A DNA stretch of 64,000 bases from a virus. Taxonomy: Duplodnaviria > Caudoviricetes. The notes under the pieces are model-generated. The model saw only the letters and a list, made by a program, of their open reading frames with translations. It did not search any database and was not told where the DNA came from. The stretch's first letter is position 1. Every line of letters begins with the position of its first letter. Positions 27,264 through 37,040 of this stretch are shown in pieces. The stretch lies in the IMG/VR virus record IMGVR_UViG_3300042731_002921, positions 20,388 to 84,387 of that record, one strand, 5' to 3'. The translations under genes were made by a program, and so were the position numbers.

Positions 27264-30246
27264 TACCAACACCTTTATAAAATTGTCTGTGAGGGAAATC
27301 TAATGTACGTCTTACTTCGTTCCAGTTAGCGACATTTGTGCAGAATCCTACAGTTCGGGTTATGTACCTGTCAACGTTACAACCACAAATTGGACAAACT
27401 TCAGCATCAATAAATACATGATTATTCTTACACCTCTTCATTACATAATTTACACTCCAATAAACAACTCCACATTTAGCAGCATAATTCATAAGATCAA
27501 CCATCGTCTGTTTATTTTTAATTTCTTCTCCTATATTTATATGGCAGACACAGCCTCCACTGAATTTATTATCAAATTTACCTTGTAAACGTATTCTTTC
27601 GAGCATATTCGCTGTTGTTGTTAATGGAATAAACTGATTACTATAAAGATGATATTTATCTTGATATTTAAGGGTTCTATCCCTTTGTGCTAATTTCACA
27701 GCAGAAGATTCACTTGGTGTTTGCTCACAAGAATGAGGACTTTTGAATCTCTTTGCCATTTTATCATTTTCTTCATTAATAATATCTAAAAGTTTAATAA
27801 CAAAATCTTCACCGTTTTCAGAAGTGATATCATATCCAAGAATTTCAAGAGCTTCATTTAAACCATTCACACCATAAGTACTATATTGTTTTGATAAATC
27901 CATATGACCAAGTGTATATAATGGCATTGCATTGAGTTCAATTCTTTTTTTAATAATATTTCTTTTACAATTATTGATTTTTGCTACTGTTCTCACGGAT
28001 TCTTTTAGAAGCTCAATGAATTTTTCATCCTTATTATTATCTTTCAATGCAATATAAGCAAGTCTTGGGAAATTCTGAGTTACTACACCAATACTCCCGA
28101 TCTTTGTACTTCCTGCACCAAAACTATTAAAATATTCATTTTCCTTGTCTGATCTCAATCGGCAACATCCTGAAATTACTGAACTTTTTCCATAAAACAT
28201 ATTAATAAAACCAAATTTCATATTTTGTTCTGCGATATACCCAAGGAAATTTTCATCTTTAATCTTACCATCCTCTACTGTAAAACAGGCAGTAACAATA
28301 GGAAATGTCAATTCAGACCTTTCAAGTTCCTCATTCATCGCTTCGATAAAAAGCTTCTGTACTTTTTTAATCGTATCAATCTTAGGAGATTTCCCATCTG
28401 CAAAAATATAATCCCCTACAAGTTCTTCAAGAAAATAATCATCATATATAGAGACATTGGTGAATGGACTTTGGTTCCCTCTGAATTCCCAATTAAGAGT
28501 GTAAATAAAACTTCTTAGCTTTTCAGAAACATATGTCCAAACCCTCTCTTTCTCGCCATTGAACTCATACCAAATATTAATTTTACCATCATCCCCACAT
28601 TTTTCATCAGAGCAATCAAAAATTCTATCTACATAATAACTCGCAACAATAAGTACATCTGCAATACCAGTAGCTCCAAGAGTAGAGTTAGCGCAATATA
28701 CGATGAACTGTTCCATTTGTCTGATAAAACTATCAAGACTCTTTGGAGGCTTTACGGTCATTCTTCTGGACATAGTAAGCCCCTCAAGGGCAACATCGTA
28801 AGTGCTATAGTTAAAGCAATTATGGCAATAAACACCGTTGCTTGAAAATCTACCAGTTTCTGTAGTTATGTCATAAACCCATTCACCTTTCCATGGCATT
28901 TTTTCAATTTTATGAATACCACCGCCTTCAAATCTACCATCAATTTTTCTATTTTTGAAAACGACATCTTTATGTTTATTTGCTTTTACACAATAGTTGC
29001 AAAATTCTTCATTATTACAGACGAAGGATACCCTGTACATCTGAAGCTTAGATTTAAAAGATTTCTCGGAATGTTGTTTACCTACCAAAGAAGTTCTTAT
29101 TCTGTTGAAACCAAGTCTTTCACATAGTGCAGCTACTTGTTGAATTAATGCAAAAGATGTGACTCTAATGTCAATCACACCTGTTAGTTTATTAATTGTT
29201 CCATCAGTATCAACTATCCCAGCTAATAGAGCTAAAGAAGAATCCTCATCTAAATTGTTACTAAATGTAGGTAGATGTTTATTTTTTGCACCAACACCAA
29301 TCATATCTGACCAGTGTGTTTTAGTAAATGGGCCATTAGAAAGACATAGTGTCTTACCACCATTCACAGTTGTATCAAAGTATTTATTAAACTTACTGTA
29401 GAAGTGTGACTCTGCTACATTCTTTTGTGTAAAGCCAATCTGTCTGCCTGTATGGCCATCACCAATCATAGCACCAACTAAATAGGCTAATTCTGGAGTC
29501 ATATAATCACAATCAATAAAAGTATTCTTAGCTTTACGTGCTGTTAAAACAGCAATATCATCTTTTGAAAGGTTCTTTGCTTCTAATCCGTCTTCATAAT
29601 CTTCTGTTATAAACGGGTGGTCTTCAGTGACAGAAAGAATAGACCCTGATTTAGTTTCTATGTTTAAAAGATCAGTATGACTCCTGTGTCTAAGCACTCT
29701 TGACATTGGAACGAAATTCTTACCATCAAAAACTTTAATACCTTGACTAAATAAGTTGATCTCCTCCATATCATCTTTAATATCTACCAAATGAGAATAT
29801 TTATTAAACAATTCTTCCATTGTAATCTCACCATTTTCATCAGTCAGAATACTTGTTTGTGGGTGATATGAATATGGACGTGCTACATCAGAAAAATCAT
29901 TTATGTAAATTTCACCAGATATCTGTTTTTCAATAATCTGATTCGCCTCTAAAAGACCATAAGATGTCCTAAGTTGCTTCCAAAGTAAATAATGCGAATT
30001 ATATTTCTGCAATGGTTTTTGAAACTCAAAATTATAATCAATAACACTTCGTCCGCTTATATTACTATTATCATCAACACTAACATCAGCAGTTGTTGTA
30101 TTATTATTAAAAAAATCCTTAGAAAACTTATTCAAATCAAGCTGATCACCTATACCATTTTCCGTGAAAACTCTTCTTCCGTATTTAGCCCACAAGTGCA
30201 TCATCAGAGTGTTAAAATCTTCATCCCAACCAATTTTGATATACAT
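27256..30246 (-). CDS. nrdD: class III anaerobic ribonucleotide reductase with intein
   Basis: GEIYIND...RPY|CF, RGNQSPFTN, GCCRL, GSIGVVT, EQTPSES, FSGG, C-terminal TRTVGF glycyl-radical loop and Zn ribbon. Confidence 0.95.
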   Translation of the reverse strand: MYIKIGWDEDFNTLMMHLWAKYGRRVFTENGIGDQLDLNKFSKDFFNNNTTTADVSVDDNSNISGRSVIDYNFEFQKPLQKYNSHYLLWKQLRTSYGLLEANQIIEKQISGEIYINDFSDVARPYSYHPQTSILTDENGEITMEELFNKYSHLVDIKDDMEEINLFSQGIKVFDGKNFVPMSRVLRHRSHTDLLNIETKSGSILSVTEDHPFITEDYEDGLEAKNLSKDDIAVLTARKAKNTFIDCDYMTPELAYLVGAMIGDGHTGRQIGFTQKNVAESHFYSKFNKYFDTTVNGGKTLCLSNGPFTKTHWSDMIGVGAKNKHLPTFSNNLDEDSSLALLAGIVDTDGTINKLTGVIDIRVTSFALIQQVAALCERLGFNRIRTSLVGKQHSEKSFKSKLQMYRVSFVCNNEEFCNYCVKANKHKDVVFKNRKIDGRFEGGGIHKIEKMPWKGEWVYDITTETGRFSSNGVYCHNCFNYSTYDVALEGLTMSRRMTVKPPKSLDSFIRQMEQFIVYCANSTLGATGIADVLIVASYYVDRIFDCSDEKCGDDGKINIWYEFNGEKERVWTYVSEKLRSFIYTLNWEFRGNQSPFTNVSIYDDYFLEELVGDYIFADGKSPKIDTIKKVQKLFIEAMNEELERSELTFPIVTACFTVEDGKIKDENFLGYIAEQNMKFGFINMFYGKSSVISGCCRLRSDKENEYFNSFGAGSTKIGSIGVVTQNFPRLAYIALKDNNKDEKFIELLKESVRTVAKINNCKRNIIKKRIELNAMPLYTLGHMDLSKQYSTYGVNGLNEALEILGYDITSENGEDFVIKLLDIINEENDKMAKRFKSPHSCEQTPSESSAVKLAQRDRTLKYQDKYHLYSNQFIPLTTTANMLERIRLQGKFDNKFSGGCVCHINIGEEIKNKQTMVDLMNYAAKCGVVYWSVNYVMKRCKNNHVFIDAEVCPICGCNVDRYITRTVGFCTNVANWNEVRRTLDFPHRQFYKGVGNE
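28819..29871 (-). mobile_element. LAGLIDADG intein in NrdD (351 aa, Ser1)
   Basis: Starts SYHPQTSILT, TEDHPF block B, VGAMIGDG / LAGIVDTDG, ends VYCHN before Cys+1. Confidence 0.92.
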
Positions 30247-30271
30247 TCCATTCTCCTTTAAATTAACCACT

Positions 30272-30303
30272 GAAAGAAAATCCTTGCAAGATCATTACAA
30301 GGA
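30272..30303 (-). terminator. terminator-like hairpin just upstream of the nrdD RBS
   Basis: TCCTTGTAA-TGATC-TTGCAAGGA-TTTTCTTT on the - strand. Confidence 0.65.
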
Positions 30304-30355
30304 CTCTATTCATAATTTATATTAATTAAAATATTTACACTACAAAATCTCTATA

Positions 30356-30757
30356 CTATTTCTTATACCGTTTGTACAGATCTCTATACTGTTGCTTATA
30401 CCGTTTGTACATATCTTCTGTACAACTCCAATCAGCTACAGCAAAATCAAGTTCTTTAATAAAATATTTTATATCTTTGTGTGTACAATCACTTAAAAGT
30501 TTATCAATTAATTTTTTCTTTGTCAATTGTTTTTTATTATCAGTTTTTTCTTTATCATTAAGTTTCTTAATCTCATTCTTCCACAACTTCATATACGAAA
30601 TATAATTTCTAAAATTATAATCAAAACAATCATCAAGGGATTCAAGCTCTTCATTCTCACACCCAACCTTCTCTGTTGAATCCATCCATGATTTATAATA
30701 CTCAGCCATTTCTTTATAATATTTAATCATCTTTGCATTCCTTTTCATATATTTCAT
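30356..30757 (-). CDS. hypothetical protein with a 33-bp tandem duplication at the 3' end
   Basis: 30347-30378 is nearly identical to 30380-30411 (YKRYK twice). Confidence 0.65.
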   Translation of the reverse strand: MKYMKRNAKMIKYYKEMAEYYKSWMDSTEKVGCENEELESLDDCFDYNFRNYISYMKLWKNEIKKLNDKEKTDNKKQLTKKKLIDKLLSDCTHKDIKYFIKELDFAVADWSCTEDMYKRYKQQYRDLYKRYKK

Positions 30758-31078
30758 GTTGTCTTTTATATCATTCGTACATTTTTTCCGTGAATCCCAA
30801 TATTGGAATGAGCTATCTATGTCTTTTATTAACCTTATAGTTTGATTTTGGCTTAGTTATCTTACAATATCAAATACAAGATCATCTACGTCATAAACTG
30901 TATTGAGTTCAATTCTCATACAAACTACTACCTTTATACTCCTCATCTAAAAAATAAATCTCACCTCTCCAAGACGATTCTTTACAGTATCTAATAGCTT
31001 CCTCCTTAGAATTAAATTCTTTAAATTCATAATCAGTAACAGTATGGTAATCGTTGTCGAAAATACATATCTTAAACT

Positions 31079-32161
31079 TCATACAAACATCTCCTTATAA
31101 TAAGAATATTTCTTCATAATTTCATCTTTAAAACCACAAGAAAATTTACCCTCCTTGCATAGCCCGTTTCTATATACACAATTCGGTACAAGCATCTTAG
31201 CTAAAAGATGATTCTTCTTCTCTATCTCTTTCTTAATCAAATTCATAATATAAACTGTTTCTTTATGTGAACATAAGCATAATCTCTTTCTTGCGATATT
31301 AATAAGAGCTTCTGCGTTTACAAACATAGTGTGATTGACCGGCGTTAATCTGTGAGGAATATTTTCAACTATATCTGGAAAATTTACGTAGGCATACTCC
31401 CCGAAGTATTCTAAAGCTGCTTTATCATAAGCAATTGCCGCATCTTCTGGTGTAGAAAATACCCCTAAAAAAACAGAATGATCCCCTACATATATACTTG
31501 AGTTGTAGCTGTCACCTTTTCTTCTAACACCTTTATAAGCAACCTCTTTCCCAACCTCCTGTATTGAATTCATAGCATTTAGTTGCTTAGTACTTGCTCT
31601 TAAATTTTCGATTTTGTCATTCAATGTATTTCTATCGATATGATCCACAATTGGTGGTTTATACCCGTTCAACATCACAAAAACAATAACACTTCTGTAC
31701 ATCTTTTCATTTTTATATGTAATTACCCAACGGTTTAGACTTTTATTTAAGCCCCCAGATTTGTCACCAATTGAAGCATTTTTTGAATTTGCATGTATTT
31801 TCCAATATAATTCTCCGTCTTTATACTCAAAGATTTCATTTAGTGCTTTTTGCGTGAAACCTTTGTAAGTTAAAGAACTACCAGAATTAATTTCTTTATT
31901 AATTCTGTCATCTCTACTTGTCAAAACAAAATGTTCTACACCTATTTTATGACGTACCATATGAACAGAAACAAAACTTGGTATGTTTTTCATTTCTATA
32001 CAATACTCATCCTGCCTCAGAGGACTATGCTCCATCAAATAAGAATTTAAATCAGAAACATTAGAATTAAACCTAACAGTACTATCGAACGCTTTCTTTT
32101 TCCAGTGTCTTGATTTAGTCTCAGTAACTATAATCTCATAATTATTTCTATCTGCTTTCAA
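31079..32161 (-). CDS. thyX: FAD-dependent thymidylate synthase with in-frame HNH-AP2 insertion
   Basis: EHSPLR, SVHMVRHKIG...TSRDDR | insert | HRLTPVNH...NAEALINIARKRLC...LVPNCVYRNGLC. Confidence 0.88.
   Translation of the reverse strand: MKADRNNYEIIVTETKSRHWKKKAFDSTVRFNSNVSDLNSYLMEHSPLRQDEYCIEMKNIPSFVSVHMVRHKIGVEHFVLTSRDDRINKEINSGSSLTYKGFTQKALNEIFEYKDGELYWKIHANSKNASIGDKSGGLNKSLNRWVITYKNEKMYRSVIVFVMLNGYKPPIVDHIDRNTLNDKIENLRASTKQLNAMNSIQEVGKEVAYKGVRRKGDSYNSSIYVGDHSVFLGVFSTPEDAAIAYDKAALEYFGEYAYVNFPDIVENIPHRLTPVNHTMFVNAEALINIARKRLCLCSHKETVYIMNLIKKEIEKKNHLLAKMLVPNCVYRNGLCKEGKFSCGFKDEIMKKYSYYKEMFV
31358..31903 (-). mobile_element. HNH-AP2 endonuclease module fused in frame within thyX (~182 aa)
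   Basis: FEYKDGELYW, IVDHIDRNTLNDKIENLR, YKGV...FLGVFSTPEDAAIAYDKAALEYFGEYAYVNFP; no stop and no intein ends. Confidence 0.85.
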
Positions 32162-32528
32162 TTTTTCTCCTTTGTAATCTCTACTTTTTCATAGCAAATA
32201 TCATTAACACAATAGCTCTCTTTATTAACTTCAAACAAGTTTAGTCTATCATAAATACCCTTCAGTAGCAACAATTCATAATATTTTTCTTTGTTGTATC
32301 TCAATAAATAATTAAGATGTTCTTCTAAATCTTTGTATTCTTTATACTCCATTAAATAACCTCCGAAGAACACGCGGGACATAAGCACCACTCCATACCG
32401 TATTCTTTAACTATAAATGGATCATTTCCATACCAACCACAGCCAAAGCACTGGTAGTAATCATCCTCGTACTCATCTTCAAAGTCAACTCTTTCTCTGT
32501 TCTCGTAAATATCCTCTTCCTTACTCAT
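32158..32528 (-). CDS. two small ORFs (32158-32352; 32352-32528 Zn-ribbon)
   Basis: CFGCGW...CPAC in the 32352-32528 ORF; RBS-supported starts. Confidence 0.6.
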
Positions 32529-32687
32529 GATTGTGATCTCCATACGACGGCTTGTTATAACTGCCACATCTAGTAATTAGTTTAGCAGGGTTTATTAATT
32601 CAATTACAATTCTTTCTGCAATTTCTTCTTTTGTCTCTTGAAACGTTAAACCACAAGTCCCTTTGTACGTTACTGTTTCACTCATAA

Positions 32688-34484
32688 TTATTCTCCGTAA
32701 TATTTTTCTTGGTATTTAATCCAACTTGATGTTTTATAAATTATTGGATACTTCATCTTAACAAACTTCCAAATTGGCATATTCTCATATCTTCTACAAA
32801 GATAATCAAGTGAAATTTCTATTAAACTGTAATTCCCATCATGGACTTCATTCAATAAGAAAATACCTCTAAATTCATTATTCCCTTGTGGACCTCTATA
32901 AATCTCATCCTCAATATAAAAAGAGCCACAAACAAGACCCCTGATTACTTTACCATTATTCAGGGATTTAACACCTACTTCATAAGTTTGCTGATGTCCG
33001 GCGCAAAAGGAAAAACCAATCTTATTGAGTCTATTTGTTATTGTACCACCAACAGGGTTACCGCTTAGAGGTAATGTAAAATAATGACTATAAGAAACAC
33101 CATCAATCTCTACAATCTTAAGGAAGTTATGAACATTCCAACCAAAATCTTTGTATTTAAGATCATCAGGACTCATAAGGCCATCAAGTTTAGGATCATT
33201 CTCTATTGCTTTATTTATTCTACAGTTACCAGAAAAAATTGTTTTATAATTTCTTCTTGTTAGTAATGTCTCATTATCTACAGAGGCACACCACACAATA
33301 CCGTCATAGTCAAGTTCTTTTGTTAAAAAATCTTTGGTTCTCGTTTTACACTTTTTGGTAATGTTAACTCTCCAATGACCTTTCCGGTACTCTTTTAATG
33401 TTGCTCTAATACCGTGTAATACACAGGCAATTTGCATATCTTCACAAATTGTCTTTTGTCCATAAAATACTCTACTTTCTGTCATTCTCGTAGGTAAAGT
33501 CCCATCACAAAAAATCATTACGTCAAGAAATAAATTAAACTGCCTTTTGCTTAATTCAAAAACCCATTCCGGCAATCTTTTATTATTATCAACGCACCAT
33601 TCTGGTCTTGTCATAAAGAATTCATAAGATTTCTGTGGTTTGTTTTTAAGCTTTTTACCACAGACGTGTGTGATACTCCGCTCTCTTGAACTTTCTCTAT
33701 ACTCAACTTCAGAATTCTCAATAATTGCTTTAATAGTGTCCTTACCTGATTCAGATTGGTAAAATACTAAACTATTATACTTACCATGATACGAATCAGT
33801 TAGTGCAACAGCATTGAACTGGATTTGTTCATCAGTTAGTGGATACTCATTTATAATTTCAATCTCGGCTGTATTGTAAATATCACTACAAGTTGAACAA
33901 TCTTTAGCGAAAGATTCTTTTATATTTCCACCAGAAGTTTCCCAAAAGACATTATGTTTTGGAGTTACACATATAGAAACAGTTGACGTTTCATATTCTA
34001 AAAGTTTTCCTTTGTACTCTCTTTTAATGATATTTTTTACTTTTTGCCATTCACCTATTTTCCTTTCTTTGTTGAAAGTATAAACAATTTCTCCGATATT
34101 AATTTCTTCAAATAGCTTCCAACCATCTTTTGTTAAAACTTCTGTTTTGTCATCATAACATTCATGATTTCCAATTACCAAATGCATCTCAGGTCTATAC
34201 ATCTTATGTTTGTTTTGTCTTTGTCTTTCATTGTAATCCAGCAATGGCTTACAAAGAATACCCATAGCGTTATGAGCAGAATCAATATCTTTCTTGTATC
34301 TTCTCCCTTCAAATTGAATTTTACCAAAATCATATTGTGATAGGGAACTCATATCAGCAAAATCACCAAGTTGAACAATTACTTCAGGTCTTTTTTCAAC
34401 AATGTATTCACCGCACCAAGCAAGCATATCAGTAGGTGATTCAGGTTTAATTTGTGTATCAGGTACTACAAGATGTCTTCTCAA
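32688..34484 (-). CDS. calcineurin-like metallophosphoesterase with intein
   Basis: PDTQ, LGDFAD, GNHE, YSHYF, AGHQQ motifs. Confidence 0.9.
   Translation of the reverse strand: MRRHLVVPDTQIKPESPTDMLAWCGEYIVEKRPEVIVQLGDFADMSSLSQYDFGKIQFEGRRYKKDIDSAHNAMGILCKPLLDYNERQRQNKHKMYRPEMHLVIGNHECYDDKTEVLTKDGWKLFEEINIGEIVYTFNKERKIGEWQKVKNIIKREYKGKLLEYETSTVSICVTPKHNVFWETSGGNIKESFAKDCSTCSDIYNTAEIEIINEYPLTDEQIQFNAVALTDSYHGKYNSLVFYQSESGKDTIKAIIENSEVEYRESSRERSITHVCGKKLKNKPQKSYEFFMTRPEWCVDNNKRLPEWVFELSKRQFNLFLDVMIFCDGTLPTRMTESRVFYGQKTICEDMQIACVLHGIRATLKEYRKGHWRVNITKKCKTRTKDFLTKELDYDGIVWCASVDNETLLTRRNYKTIFSGNCRINKAIENDPKLDGLMSPDDLKYKDFGWNVHNFLKIVEIDGVSYSHYFTLPLSGNPVGGTITNRLNKIGFSFCAGHQQTYEVGVKSLNNGKVIRGLVCGSFYIEDEIYRGPQGNNEFRGIFLLNEVHDGNYSLIEISLDYLCRRYENMPIWKFVKMKYPIIYKTSSWIKYQEKYYGE
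33225..34160 (-). mobile_element. intein (312 aa) with LAGLIDADG-like core, ends Gly-Asn
   Basis: GNHE|CYDDKTEVLTKDGW, VTPKHNVFW, VWCASV, IFSGN|C. Confidence 0.9.
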
Positions 34485-34604
34485 TTTATCTCCTGAAATT
34501 TATTTAATTATAATTGAATAATCATACTAAATAACCAAAGCAAAGCAAACATTCCACCAACATAAGCAAATGATTCCGGCCATGATAACTTCATCTTATT
34601 CTCC

Positions 34605-34823
34605 TTAGTTTACGCACAAAGCATTATTAAATTTACAACCATATTCATGTGCGCTATAGAACTCACCATCTTCTTTGTTATACTCACCAATAGATGGTGT
34701 AAAGTTAACAGAATCATATGAATGACCTTCATCATCAGATGAGTAAATACAATCATAATCAAGGATTTTAGGATTCTCTTTAATTAATTCTCTCAAGTGA
34801 TGATAATATTTATGTACTTTCAT
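34605..34823 (-). CDS. hypothetical protein
   Basis: SSDDEG.SY motif; ORF track. Confidence 0.65.
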   Translation of the reverse strand: MKVHKYYHHLRELIKENPKILDYDCIYSSDDEGHSYDSVNFTPSIGEYNKEDGEFYSAHEYGCKFNNALCVN

Positions 34824-34844
34824 GTTTAATTTCCATACAATTTA

Positions 34845-34972
34845 AAACCTGGCTATACAGGTAGAAGACTGATACTCGAAGCGTCCTTCAAGGGATAACT
34901 GTAGGCATCCAGTTCAATGGTCGTAGTGTGTGACACGTTACCCAATCTTTCAGGAACCATCCAGTACAATTA
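34845..34972 (-). ncRNA. candidate small structured RNA or leader
   Basis: GC-richer island right after a strong promoter; several stems with - strand G-U pairs. Confidence 0.3.
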
Positions 34973-34977
34973 AAGAC

Positions 34978-35006
34978 ATAATAATACATTAAACCAAGTT
35001 TGTCAA
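34978..35006 (-). promoter_or_regulatory. sigma70 promoter
   Basis: TTGACA-N17-TATTAT. Confidence 0.75.
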
Positions 35007-35236
35007 TAGCTCCTAATGAATTTTCCTTCGCTATCAAATTCAAAAATATAATACCTACCATTAAATTCTTTTAATCTTAGCATTCCACACAAAGAATCAG
35101 CTATTTCAGAATAATTAATACCAACAAAATCAAAAAGATTTCTAAATCTTTCAATATCTGTTTTAGTTTCTTCTCCTGTGATTATATCTATTAGTTCTTT
35201 TGTATCTTGTTTTGAAAAAATATTCTCATTTTTCAT
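35003..35236 (-). CDS. hypothetical protein
   Basis: ORF track. Confidence 0.6.
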   Translation of the reverse strand: MKNENIFSKQDTKELIDIITGEETKTDIERFRNLFDFVGINYSEIADSLCGMLRLKEFNGRYYIFEFDSEGKFIRSY

Positions 35237-35413
35237 TTTTCATAACCCCTTAGTTCTGATACTGTCTTTAAATAAGTCCATGCTGAATCAGAATAATCGC
35301 ACATGAACTACCATATCAGCAACTGGCTTGGAAGCATTAATCGCAAACCTCAACTAATTTATTTTTAAAATTATCTGTTTTCATTATCAATCCTTTAAAT
35401 TTTATATAGTAAT

Positions 35414-35765
35414 TATCCCCAAAATCCCTGTTCCTTAAATTTACCTTCTTTTGTAAAAATTATTTCTGACCAAAAACCATTATGTCCTTTAAATTTATTT
35501 GATCTCGTTTCATTAGTAAAAAATCAGAATCATTTAATTGCACAAGAGTAACAACATAATAACCATCATCTTCATTAATAGCACAATCAATACCAATAGA
35601 TTTATATAACTCGATGAATCTTTCTAAATCCGTCATTTCTTTTTTTTTTATCCTTAATTCATTTACTTTATCTTCAAGCCAACTACAGTAAGACTGGTTT
35701 GTACCACATGTTATAACTGGATCATTTTTAATCTCTTTTATATATTCTTCTTCTAAATTATTCAT
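35414..35765 (-). pseudogene. two small genes fused and truncated by homopolymer shifts
   Basis: An A10 tract joins MNNLEE.. to MTDLERFIELYKSIG; a T6 tract displaces the tail KFKGHNGFWSEIIFTKEGKFKEQGFWG*. Confidence 0.55.
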
Positions 35766-35777
35766 TTAATACTCCTT

Positions 35778-35975
35778 TTAATCAATATCAACCCCATCAA
35801 TTAATTCATCAATTAAAGCCTCTCTCTCTTTATCAGGTGTGATAATTAAAGAAGGATTTTCAGAAATATATTCGTCTATAAGGCTTATAATTTCTTCATC
35901 AGTTGCTTTGTTAAAGAAATCCTCAATTTCTATCTTCATCTTTTTAAACCATTCGGGTTGTTCTTTTTTGTTCAT
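35778..35975 (-). CDS. hypothetical protein
   Basis: ORF track. Confidence 0.6.
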   Translation of the reverse strand: MNKKEQPEWFKKMKIEIEDFFNKATDEEIISLIDEYISENPSLIITPDKEREALIDELIDGVDID

Positions 35976-36024
35976 TTATTTTTCCTTGGTATTTAATCTT
36001 AAATTTATTTCTCCTTTGTTTAAG

Positions 36025-36257
36025 TTATTTCTTGTTTTTAATAAACTCTGTATACCATTTGACTTTCTTTAAATTTGATTCTAATGTTAAATCAGTTGGA
36101 TCAATACCTATACAAGCCCTGCATATACTCTTAAAACCATATAGTCATTTAGAAATTTCTCAGTTATCTCTATTTCATTTAAATAGTATAAGCCTGGTGC
36201 CTCAAAAAATTTACTTATAGCTTCTGTATTCATTGAATTAGTTTTTGATGTTTTCAT
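36025..36257 (-). pseudogene. frameshifted small gene
   Basis: MKTSKTNS...DYMV continues as KSICRACIGIDPT...KNKK* with one more T at 36133-36136. Confidence 0.5.
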
Positions 36258-36285
36258 ATTAACTCCTTTGTCTAAGTTTTAAGAT

Positions 36286-36314
36286 ATCATATTATTATTT
36301 AAGCACTGTGCCAA
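36286..36314 (-). promoter_or_regulatory. sigma70 promoter
   Basis: TTGGCA-N17-TATGAT. Confidence 0.65.
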
Positions 36315-36324
36315 GAGATATTTA

Positions 36325-36687
36325 CTAAAAAGAATTTACGTTGTATACCATGTCTGTATCTTCTGAGCATACTACTTCAACACAAGAAAGCTCTTCAAAA
36401 TATCCAGTCCAAAATGAAGAATACCTAAAATTCTTTCCTTCATCATCAACGAGTTCCAACACTATAATTCTAAACTCTTCATCCCAAGAAACACCTGGTG
36501 GTAGTTGTGTCATTGGTTTGGTATAAAGATTTGAATTATCTCTGTAAAATTCATTATGATTTTTAATACATTTTAATGATTCTTTTGCCATACTTAAGCT
36601 CTCCCATTCATATTCAATAAAAGCTTCTTCATCATATGTACCAAAACTGTTACCTGTTCTATAATTTATTTTAATTCTGTATTTCAT
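36325..36687 (-). CDS. hypothetical protein
   Basis: Y.TGNSFG...FWTGYFE.L motif. Confidence 0.7.
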   Translation of the reverse strand: MKYRIKINYRTGNSFGTYDEEAFIEYEWESLSMAKESLKCIKNHNEFYRDNSNLYTKPMTQLPPGVSWDEEFRIIVLELVDDEGKNFRYSSFWTGYFEELSCVEVVCSEDTDMVYNVNSF

Positions 36688-37040
36688 TGTATTTCCTTAA
36701 TATTTAATTTTAAACTTATTCTTCCTTTTAATCTTATAGCACGAACTACATACAAAAACAATACCTTTATATATTAATATTATCAAACCAAAGACTATCA
36801 TAGCAACAATAATTGTAAAGAAGAAAGCGATAGCTGCTGGAATTAATTCAATAGGGAAAATCATTTTTATCCTTTACTCAAAGATAATATTAGATAATAC
36901 CACAATCTCAAATATAGTTACAATCCATACTAAAATAGTTGTAACTTTTCCTTCAACTCCTTCATGAAACCTATCAATGTATATTTCTTTTAGAAAATTC
37001 AGTACAATCTTTCTCTACACCGCACTTAGTGCAAATAAAT

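Noticed and set aside
36301-36314. sigma54 box at TTGGCACAG
   Set aside because: No GC at the required 10-nt spacing; better explained as a sigma70 -35
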